Positions 48,945 through 57,692 of a stretch of DNA of 64,000 bases are shown one piece after another. A model generated the notes under the pieces. The model did not search any database. It was not told where the DNA came from and saw only the letters and a program-made list of their open reading frames with translations. The stretch is taken from positions 186,001-250,000 of the forward strand of contig JAKMXF010000266.1 of assembly GCA_024704765.1 (NCBI GenBank), written 5' to 3'. The number at the start of each line of letters is the position of its first letter. The stretch's first letter is position 1. The stretch comes from Oopsacas minuta. Lineage: Eukaryota; Animalia; Porifera. Position numbers and translations under genes: made by a program.

Positions 48945-50393
48945 ATGTCGAAATGTGAAGATATTCCATCAGAAAATGTTGACGCAGACAAAACTATGGG
49001 AAGAAAACGTAAGTTCAGTACTGATGAAGATGTGAGTGACCATAAAGACGAAGTGGAAAAGGTTGAAGAATCGTCCCAAAATGTTGACGCAGACAAAACT
49101 ATGGGAAGAAAACGTAAGTTCAGTACTGATGAAGATGTGAGTGACCATAAAGACGAAGTGGAAAAGGTTGAAGAATCGTCCCAAAATGTTGACGCAGACA
49201 AAACTATGGGAAGAAAACGTAAGTTCTGTACTGATGAAGATGTGAGTGACCATAAAGACGAAGTGGAAAAGATTGAAGAATCGTCCCAAAATGTTGACCC
49301 AGACAAAACTATGGGAAGAAAACGTAAGTTCTGTACTGATGAAGATGTGAGTGACCATGAAGACGAAGTGGAAAAGGTTGAAGAATCGTCCCGAAAGAAA
49401 GCCAAAATTGAATCTTTTGTGACAGTGTTAGACGGAGGTATGGGAAGAGAATTAGATGTCAACTATCCAGATCCAGATTTCAAAGATATTTGGAGTGCTG
49501 CGCATTTGCTAAACCAGCCAGGATCTGTCTATCATGCTCATTTGTCATTCATCAGCGCTGGGGCTGAGGTAATCACAACCAGTAACTATGCTTGTGTCCC
49601 AGCTTTCCTTGCAAAAATGGATATCACTGATAAAATGTATGACTTGATAAAAGTTGCAGGAGAGCAAGCACAAAAGGCTAAAATATCATTTGAAAATCCT
49701 TCCAGCATTAGAGTCGCGGGATCAATTCCTCCCTATGGATTCAGTTACATGGGCATGAAGATCCCTGATAATTCTGAGATTATATCAAGTTACGCTAAGA
49801 TTGCTAGTGTATTATATCCATACATTGACATATTTCTATGCGAGACTATGTCTAGCATTGACGAGGCTGTAACTGCACTGAGTGGTGTGCAGACTGCTAA
49901 AAAAGATGGTATGTTAGGTGATAGAGATTTACCTGTTTGGCTATCATTCTCTCTTCTAAACATTGATAATGTGGAGCTTCATAGTGGTGAAAAGTTGGAA
50001 GATGCACTTGAGAAAATATTAGGTAAGTTTCCTGGATTTATCAATGGGTTATTCCTGAATTGTACTGGACCGGATATCATCACAGCTGCTCTACCAGTGC
50101 TGATTAGAATAGGCAAAGAACATGGAGTTGATGTATTTGGAGCTTATGCAAATAGATTTTCTCCTATTACTAATAAATCATCTAATTCTATTGAAAAAAG
50201 TTTTAAGAAAGATACACACGTTCGCAAACTTATTGATATTCCTGAAGAGGACTATTTGGAGCAGGTTAAGACTTGGATAAAGTTAGGATGTGTTGTAGTG
50301 GGAGGTTGTTGTGGGATGGGGCCAAAATACATTAAAAAGATCAGTGAATATGTTGAGAGTAGTGCTTTGGGCATTGAATCTCAACTTCCATAA
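48945..50393 (+). CDS. Zn-dependent homocysteine S-methyltransferase (MmuM/HMT-like) with N-terminal 4x35-aa repeat
   Basis: VLDGGMGREL, AGAEVITTSNY, VAGSIPPYG, LCETMSS, FLNC, GAYAN and VVGGCCGMGP (the three Zn-binding Cys are present). Intronless. Confidence 0.88.
   Translation: MSKCEDIPSENVDADKTMGRKRKFSTDEDVSDHKDEVEKVEESSQNVDADKTMGRKRKFSTDEDVSDHKDEVEKVEESSQNVDADKTMGRKRKFCTDEDVSDHKDEVEKIEESSQNVDPDKTMGRKRKFCTDEDVSDHEDEVEKVEESSRKKAKIESFVTVLDGGMGRELDVNYPDPDFKDIWSAAHLLNQPGSVYHAHLSFISAGAEVITTSNYACVPAFLAKMDITDKMYDLIKVAGEQAQKAKISFENPSSIRVAGSIPPYGFSYMGMKIPDNSEIISSYAKIASVLYPYIDIFLCETMSSIDEAVTALSGVQTAKKDGMLGDRDLPVWLSFSLLNIDNVELHSGEKLEDALEKILGKFPGFINGLFLNCTGPDIITAALPVLIRIGKEHGVDVFGAYANRFSPITNKSSNSIEKSFKKDTHVRKLIDIPEEDYLEQVKTWIKLGCVVVGGCCGMGPKYIKKISEYVESSALGIESQLP
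48973..49392 (+). repeat. Coding tandem repeat, 4 x 105 nt (35 aa: NVDADKTMGRKRKF[S/C]TDEDVSDHKDEVEKVEESSQ)
   Basis: Unit starts AAAATGTTGAC at 48973, 49078, 49183 and 49288, with only a few substitutions between units. Confidence 0.95.
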
Positions 50394-50670
50394 TGCTGGT
50401 AGATTGCTATCGCTTAGTTGTCCTTCCAACTCACTTGTGTTTCATGTTAAGTATATTTAGAATTTTCAATATTTTCGATAATTCAGCAACATTTCACTCC
50501 TCCGGAGTCTAGAACTTTAGATTTTTTCTTTTATAGAATCCTATTGTTTTTTCATTTGCCAGTATTTGTTTGCAATCAAATGCCTCTACTAATCATTACT
50601 TTCCAGTTTGATATTTGATTATTTTTTATTACAATTACTACTAGCGGAGCGGCAAAAATTTAAATTTTCA

Positions 50671-50815
50671 ATCTCTGCCGACAGCTTGGTATTTAATTAA
50701 ATTTGTTTGAATTAACACTATAAATTGGAGGCACTATGCGTATTGGGTTTTGTAGTGCCTCCAATTAAAGTGCTACTTTAAGCATTAATTAATATACTAA
50801 GCTGTCGGCACAGAT
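50671..50815. repeat. 145-nt fold-back inverted repeat (MITE-like or long RNA hairpin)
   Basis: Outer arms ATCTCTGCCGACAGCTT (50671-50687) / AAGCTGTCGGCACAGAT (50799-50815) with 1 mismatch, extended by TTAATTAA; perfect 14-bp inner stem AATTGGAGGCACTA (50723-50736) / TAGTGCCTCCAATT (50753-50766). Confidence 0.85.
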
Positions 50816-50861
50816 CGAATCCTAGACCTTTTAACGATCTTTGTCTGGAATTTCAATTAGC

Positions 50862-51182
50862 ATGGCTTATTCCCCCAATTACTTCTTCAATAAAGTTAGT
50901 CCACATGTCCGACTGTCTCATCTCGAGATTCAAACAGTTCGCAAGTTTATTCAAGGTCTTTTCTACCCAACAACTCCCATTATGATTAACTGCAAGCCTA
51001 ACCAAATGATAGTGACGTTTGGGGTGTATTTTAACAGCAAATTCTTCACTCAGAATGCATTTTTAGTAAGTTTTGCTGAAACCATCATCTCACGATGGAT
51101 GTCAACTCGTGTTAAGATATTTGTTTACAAAATACCAGCATATCAGGCGAAGAATTGGATTACTGTTCCCAAACGAATTTAG
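50862..51182 (+). CDS. MRPS24: Short, divergent mitochondrial ribosomal protein S24 (uS3m)-like protein, 106 aa
   Basis: EIQTVRKFIQGLF, NCKPNQMIV and FLVSFAETIISRWMSTRVKI resemble, from memory, the animal MRPS24 core (EDVFLRKFMWGTF, KRRGNQLEI, FLVGYSETLLS...PVRL). Resemblance judged by eye only. Confidence 0.5.
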   Translation: MAYSPNYFFNKVSPHVRLSHLEIQTVRKFIQGLFYPTTPIMINCKPNQMIVTFGVYFNSKFFTQNAFLVSFAETIISRWMSTRVKIFVYKIPAYQAKNWITVPKRI

Positions 51183-51297
51183 CGATTTTGTATGTAGTAA
51201 TAATGAATAATGTTGTATCAATGTTTTAAAGTTGGGTTTAAGAGGATGTTTATGTAATTCAAATACAATAAACTTTGCATTGTTTAAGCTAGTCGTT

Positions 51298-54288
51298 ATG
51301 GATACAACAACCTCCCATGATTCAGAGGACACTGATACACCACCATCTCGAATGGATCTGAGTGAGAACTATTCTGTTGAAATCAAGACAGAGGCAATTG
51401 ATTCTACTATATGTCCACTAATGGATATGGAGCTGCCAGACTGCATAACTCCAGACAGTTCAAGTCACATATATCAATCTGAAACACTAATTTCACAAGC
51501 ATTCGGGAAAATGAAAGCCCTGAGAGATAGCAATATGTTGTGTGACGTAATACTTGTAGTTGGTTCCAAGAGGATTAGTGCTCATAGACTTGTACTAGCT
51601 TCTACTTTTGATTACTTTTCATCTATGTTTACTCAGGTTTAGGTTAAAATACTCTCTTAATAGAAAAATATACTTTTAGTACAGTTCCTTAATGGCATGG
51701 ACGATGTTTGACGGCGATGCGAATTATATTTTAATTTCTTGTTTCTTATAGGATATGATGGAGAAGAGTCAGAGAGAAATAATCATCAGAGATATTGATG
51801 AGGATGCAGTAGAGAATCTTGTAAATTTCGCATACACCAGTCAGTTAGAGATTACCACCAATAATGTACAATCACTACTCACTGCTTCTGCCATACTACA
51901 GATGCAGTGTGTACTTGGTGCATGTGCTGAATTTCTAAGCAAGCACCTATCTTCCTACAATTGTCTGGCTATAAGGAATTTTGCTGAATCACATGGATGT
52001 TTATCCCTTGTGGAGCAGGCTAATATGTTTTTCAAGACACATTTTAAGGTTCGAATTTGCATAGTTTATTGAAATTTTATACTCTCACGAACAATATATT
52101 TATTATCCATGGCTGTATGTGATAAAAGACTGTATCTAGAGATTGAAACATGACTAAACACACCTTGGCTTGTATAGTAAATCAGCTATACATGCGTGCC
52201 TCTAATTCTAAGAATTTTAGACAAGTATAATTTACAAAATTTTCTTTCAAAACTTGAGAAAAAACTGAGAGATCCTCAGAACTGACTTTTGGCATCCAGA
52301 AGGCCAAATATTAGTCCTGTGGGTCTTTAATCAATTATTGACATAACACATACCAAATATATGAACACCATAGCCTATGATGTACACACATACTTGTACA
52401 CACAAGTGTTCTTTTGTATTGAAATTTTACAAATAGTAAAATTCATTCAATAAAGAAGCCAACCTTAGCAATGCTTTATTCATATGAATCCGATCCACTT
52501 CGATTGCATTTTTGTGTATATAAGGAGAATTTTTATGTACATAAATATTGCTCTTACATGGCTGACAAGAAAGAAACTAAGAAAGAAATTGCAAGATATA
52601 GGGAGGCGTTCCGCTCCTTCGACAAAGATGGAAATGGTTCAATTTCTATTCAGGAGTTGGGTACACTTCTTCGTTCCTTAGGCCACGCCCCGACCCCAGA
52701 AGAACTGGAGCAAATCATAATTGAGGTGGACACTGACAAAAGTGGGAATATTGAATTTGAAGAATTCTTAGTTATGATGGTGAGAAAAGATAGAGTAGGA
52801 AATGATTTAGAGGAGATTGAAAAAGCATTTAAACTGTTTGATATAAACGGGGATGGTTTCATAAGTGAAGGAGAATTAAGGGAAGTTATGGAGAAAATGG
52901 GGGAAAATCTGAGTAGTAAGCAGATTAATACTATGATGAAGGTAGCTGATTTGGATGAAGATGGGAAAGTAGGTTATCAAGACTTCCTAGCACTCATGAC
53001 TGAATCATCTAATACCTAGATTTACCGATAGATTGATACATATTCATATAATACTATAATGCAATTGAATAATTTTGCCTTTACTTGCTCAAATGGTTAT
53101 GTTATAATTCTATTGAATGTGTAGGACAACTGCTAATTATATTATATACTCCATCTTCGATTATGAAGCGAACACTCCAGATCGAAAGCACAATTATTAC
53201 ATTTGTTAACGTTCAATTACCAACAAATGGAGGGGTCACTTGACCATATTAGGAGGTTTAACCCTAGCAACCTTGGAATGCGGCAACATTCCATTCTCAA
53301 ATTGTGTCCTAATCCCATCGAGTGACCCCTTGTTCGACGCCTGAGTCTAGTTAGATTTATTTTGTTGTCCCTATAAAGAGGGAATTTATTTGTTGATCAC
53401 ACGACACCTTGGCACAATACCATGTATGGCAATGTTCCTATATACTTGTACTTTATTTAGGATTGCATCAAAACTGATGAATTTTTCCAACTGCCTATCA
53501 GTACACTTGCTCGACTCATTGACTCAGATGATTTGAATGTAGACAGTGAAGAGTTTGTATTCCAGACGATAGAGTCTTGGATTGAACGCCAGTCAAAGAA
53601 TAATCCAGATCTTGTAACTAAGTTCTCAACACTTCTCTGTAATGTGAGATTACCACTGCTCAACCCTGCATTTCTCACTTCTGCAGTGGATAAAAGCAGA
53701 TTTATCAAAACGGATTTATCCTGTCGTGATTTAGTGGATGAGGCTAAGAACTTCCATTTATTCTCAAAGACACAGTTCTCTTCCGATTGCACTACAAAGA
53801 CTTATCCAAGGAAATCTACTGCTGGCAAACTCTACGCTATAGGTAACCTTAACAGAAAATTTTGGTATTTTTGTGGGACAAAAAAGTGTCAAAATGGCCA
53901 TTTATTATTGGAATTGTAAAACGTCGCACTAGAAATTTAACAAATATTCGAGGGTAACAAACTAGATATTATGTAAATATGAATGTAGGAGGACGTGGTA
54001 AAGCAGGGGATCCTTTCCAGAGTGTAGAGCGGTATGACTACCACACAGACACTTGGCATGAAGTCACCCCTCTAAATAGTAGGAGGAGACATGTGGGTGT
54101 GGCTTATATGGACCGTAAGATATGGGCCGTTGGGGGACATGATGGTGAAGTTCATCTGAACACTGTAGAGTATTACGACCCTATACTTAATCAATGGGAG
54201 TATGCTGCTCCTATGATCTCATATAGGAGAGGAATAGCTGTAGCTGCACTCAATAGTTCAGATGAAAAAGGCCCACTTTATGCAATCG
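51298..54288 (+). CDS. KLHL8: Kelch-like protein 8 (BTB-BACK-Kelch), 5' part; exons 51298-51636, 51752-52048, 53461-53842, 53989-54288; remaining Kelch exons not found in window
   Basis: [39 protein letters not shown] (DEFFQLP...[12 protein letters not shown]) and KLHL8-like Kelch repeats [42 protein letters not shown]...GPLYAIG. All splice phases are consistent; a phase-1 donor GTAAGC at 54289 is left open. Confidence 0.85.
52558..53019 (+). CDS. Calmodulin-like protein (4 EF-hands, 153 aa), nested in KLHL8 intron 2
   Basis: EF loops [48 protein letters not shown]. Intronless; ATG at 52558. Confidence 0.9.
   Translation: MADKKETKKEIARYREAFRSFDKDGNGSISIQELGTLLRSLGHAPTPEELEQIIIEVDTDKSGNIEFEEFLVMMVRKDRVGNDLEEIEKAFKLFDINGDGFISEGELREVMEKMGENLSSKQINTMMKVADLDEDGKVGYQDFLALMTESSNT
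53231..53330. repeat. 100-nt imperfect inverted repeat / hairpin
   Basis: AGGGGTCACTTGA (53231-53243) / TCGAGTGACCCCT (53318-53330), ATTAGGA/TCCTAAT, and inner GGAATG/CATTCC. Confidence 0.65.
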
Positions 54289-54787
54289 GTAAGCTTTCTA
54301 TTCTGTAGTATTCTATGAATTCTAATTACTACTCTACGCAATCTTGTAGATATACGAAAATAGATTTTCTACGTATTTCAGTTTACCGATAGCTAAAACT
54401 ACAATTTTATTAAGCTGCAAGCTAATTTGTAAATTATGCAATGTTGCATTGAAACTACCAGCTCTCATTAAGTGTGGAATTCTTACAATCACGAATGGCT
54501 CCTAATGTATTATTAATAGTAACATTGAAATTGTTAATTCATTTACTAAGAATATAGTTCATTACGTATTCTCTTTTATACTTCTTATTTGCATTTATTA
54601 TCACACAAATATATTATCTTTTGTTAATATATTTGTGTGATAAGAAAGCCGCTAGTGTTGATATAAACATTTCTAGGTGAATTTAGCCCAAAATCTCGTA
54701 TATTGTTTGTTGTATAACCAGCTACATTTCTAATAAATAGCTTATGTTATCAAAGTGAGCTATTGAGAATTTACTTAATCTGTTCTA

Positions 54788-56035
54788 ATGGACTTTTCGC
54801 TTGTATGTTTGGCCAATAAGGCAGTTACCCAATTCCAAGAATTGTTTTTGAGTAAGAAAGACGATCCAACTATTTTGTCTGTTTATTTGTCGGCTTTTTC
54901 TATCGCTTCTATTAAACCATGTTTCCAACAAGGCCTCCATATGAGTAATTTTCCCCAAATAATAGTTGAAATTTGCCAGCTGCATACATTGAAAGGAAAT
55001 GAAGTAGTGTTGAGAAAAGGTATCCAGCTTTTGGGGAATATAACCGTGCAGAATGAACCTGGTAAGGAAAAAGTTTGGAATCTTTGTTATCCTGAATTTA
55101 TCACAGAAATGCTAGATTCTTCTTACGATCTCACTGAGCTAATATGCTTTTTAATTTTTAACTGTCTCGATTGTTCCCGCGCTACAAAGCTATTCTCGTC
55201 TCCTCGCGGAATCGGTTTGATTTCACAACTCTTGTTTGAATTGACTAAGGAAGGTTCTGGTGATTTCTGTCAGCTTTTGCTCTCTCGTATTCTCTTAGAT
55301 TATAAGGGATCTGTCATGCTGTACTCATTATTCAACGAGACCAAAAAGTTCACATCTCTTTTACTATTGCTAGACTTCGTCTTTCAATCTAACGAATTTC
55401 ATATACTTAGCATGCATGAGTCATCTCATCTTGAAGTTTGCACTAATTTGATTGAAATGTTCTACAAAGATTTTCTCATTCTAAAACCGATTCTATACCA
55501 AGCTATTTCCATACTTGAAGAAAGAGCAATCGATCAACACGATATTATCACGAAAGCTGAGATTTTCAAAAGTATTCTAGCAATACTCGCGCTTTTCAGC
55601 GGATTTTCTGAATTACTTACACACTTACAATCTTTGGAAATTTTGCTGAGAGAATGTTTGACAATATTAGACAGCTTAATTAAATATTCTCAACCGAAAA
55701 TTGTGTCTAATTCCTCTCCAGCGCCACACCCTCCCATATCCAAATTCCTATACGGTATCAAACAGAACATAATGCAGATAGTAGCAAACATGCTTTACTC
55801 TAACTACCACAACGTTAACTTGGTTTATGAAGACAAAACATTATTAATACTAATATTAAACCATTGCAGTCCTGACATGTCGAATCCATTCCTTACCCAA
55901 TGGACTATTCTTGCCATCCGTAATCTCTGTCAGGATCCACGTGTGCAGTTATTGATTAGCGAGCTTAAGAAGCTTGGTATTGACCCCAACTCTGTTATGA
56001 GTAAAAGAGGTTTCAATAGTGACGCTAATACATAG
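54788..56035 (+). CDS. ATXN10: Ataxin-10
   Basis: ARM-like helical protein with GIQLLGNITV and the C-terminal ataxin-10 domain (GIKQNIMQIVANMLY...ILNHCSPDMSNPFLTQWTILAIRNLC). Intronless. Confidence 0.85.
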   Translation: MDFSLVCLANKAVTQFQELFLSKKDDPTILSVYLSAFSIASIKPCFQQGLHMSNFPQIIVEICQLHTLKGNEVVLRKGIQLLGNITVQNEPGKEKVWNLCYPEFITEMLDSSYDLTELICFLIFNCLDCSRATKLFSSPRGIGLISQLLFELTKEGSGDFCQLLLSRILLDYKGSVMLYSLFNETKKFTSLLLLLDFVFQSNEFHILSMHESSHLEVCTNLIEMFYKDFLILKPILYQAISILEERAIDQHDIITKAEIFKSILAILALFSGFSELLTHLQSLEILLRECLTILDSLIKYSQPKIVSNSSPAPHPPISKFLYGIKQNIMQIVANMLYSNYHNVNLVYEDKTLLILILNHCSPDMSNPFLTQWTILAIRNLCQDPRVQLLISELKKLGIDPNSVMSKRGFNSDANT

Positions 56036-56452
56036 GGTATGCGACAGTATAACGCTAACTCTATGGCAATATAGTTTCTATACTGTGTTATATTTTCCCA
56101 TCTTACAACTATTAAATATATAGCATGTTCTAATTTAAGAAATTTATAATGTTCATATCCTTTTCCACTATTAGATTAATTGCTATCTTACTATTTATTA
56201 ATTAAGTTAAGCTCCCTATGAACGTAATACATTTCATGATTCATTTACCTCAACCGCTATGACGTATTGAAAATCATACTTTCAGTTTGGACTGTTAACC
56301 AATCTTTAAGCTATATTGTGGCTAATATGAATTTGTATTGTATTACAAGATTGCATTGCTTTATTTGATGTAATAATCAATTAATATATACAAGTAATAT
56401 TATAGTTGCAGAGCCGCCGTTATGCGCATTTAATCTATTATTAAAATTGAGA

Positions 56453-56920
56453 TCATTGATTGAGAAATGATTCTGCGTATAGATGTATTTCACTTAAGAG
56501 TTGGTGTTTTTCTGCTATGAGAGATTGTCTGAATTCTAGAAGGTTATTTACTTCTATCTCCAAACCATCCAATTCGTTGTTCATTAAAATTCTTGATTTC
56601 TTTGCTGAAAGTCTGTTAATAAACTTTCTCCTTGCTTCACGGATGAATTCTTTCTCTCTCATTGAAAAACACTTTTTGTCAATTACTCTCCCAAGATGTG
56701 TGGCTTTCATATTAACTAGTTTTCGTACTGATACTAGTTTAAGGAAAGGTTCTCCTAGGTGGTCAGAGAAATCCTCAATTAGAATATCTCTCGCGAAATG
56801 GCATTTTTCACTTGTGGCCTCAGTTACTATTCTTTCATCATTTTGATTAAGAACACTGAATATATCAGATTCACTTTTTAGCTCAATGTTTAGAATCGGT
56901 AATGCAACTTTTGCTGCCAT
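56453..56920 (-). CDS. Divergent Maf/CNC-like bZIP protein (paralog 1)
   Basis: EHR-like segment, basic region EKEFIREARRKFINRLSAKKSR and leucine zipper LDGLEIEVNNLLEFRQSLIAEKHQL. Confidence 0.75.
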   Translation of the reverse strand: MAAKVALPILNIELKSESDIFSVLNQNDERIVTEATSEKCHFARDILIEDFSDHLGEPFLKLVSVRKLVNMKATHLGRVIDKKCFSMREKEFIREARRKFINRLSAKKSRILMNNELDGLEIEVNNLLEFRQSLIAEKHQLLSEIHLYAESFLNQ

Positions 56921-57312
56921 TTTATTATCTCTTTATCTACCTTTGGGGATATGTATTGTTATTTCTTTTGTGCCCTGAGTATTTATACATTTACATTATT
57001 TTCAATTTTGATGTATCGAAACTTGTGAAAGTTCTCATGTTCTAAATGAATCTATCAATCATTGTTGAGACAAAGTATTTTGTGTTCCGAAAATGAAAAC
57101 GGTAGATATGTTTACTGCAGTATCTTTCTTAGAGCAGGCGACCTCTAATTCATATACTATTCGCTTATGTTGACGTTTCATTCTTTCTAGTTATTCTGGT
57201 AATTCTTGTATATTGTGACTCTGTCCTATCGACAATTTTCGTCTGAGATTAAGATTTTCAATAATTAGATATTTTAATGCAATATTTTTATTTCGATTCA
57301 TTTCTATTAATA

Positions 57313-57692
57313 GATTTTCAACGATTTTCCATTACAAAATTTCACTATCAGTTTTGATTTCTCGTAATTTTAATGTTTACGTCTGGTTACACAATGTTTA
57401 CTGCTCGAAGTTTCAAATTCTGTAACCCCATATCTTTGAATTTGCGACTATGTCATTTCGGTTTATTTCTAATAATAGATTCTCACAATTTTCTTGTTCG
57501 GATGAAAATGCAAATGCTTCGGTATCAAATCTGAATTTATCCAAATTATTCCCTCTTTATTTATGATTCCAACGATTTTCAAGTAATTCTCAATTCGAAA
57601 CTTTCCCCATCTGTCTTGAATTCTCGTGTTTTTATGTCTACGTAAGATTACGTATGTTGAACTGCCTCAAGGGTTCAAATTTTGTAACCCCA
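57313..57692. repeat. Diverged local duplication (57313-57430 vs 57565-57692)
   Basis: Collinear blocks CAACGATTTTC, TTCTCGT, ATGT[T/C]TACGT and TTCAAATT[C/T]TGTAACCCCA occur in both copies. Confidence 0.6.

Larger units (their letters stand above)
36447..50393 (+). repeat. Tandem segmental duplication of a [very large GTPase - HMT] unit (36447-43027 and 43402-50393)
   Basis: Same gene order and orientation twice, conserved last-intron position in the GTPases, and similar sequence just upstream of both HMT starts (ACAGTATA...CATAATA...AACATGTC). Confidence 0.8.

Noticed and set aside
48973-49392. Regular repeat array as a possible CRISPR
   Set aside because: Units are contiguous, near-identical and in frame within a eukaryotic CDS, with no unique spacers and no cas genes.
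48923-49462. Minus-strand repetitive ORFs (48923..49462, 48969..49358, 42198..42596, 42157..42375)
   Set aside because: Antisense shadows of the 105-nt coding repeat of the HMT gene and its pseudogene.
52300-52332. TTAAAGACCCACAGG (minus strand) resembling a TTAA-type transposon end
   Set aside because: Single short motif with no matching opposite end identified.
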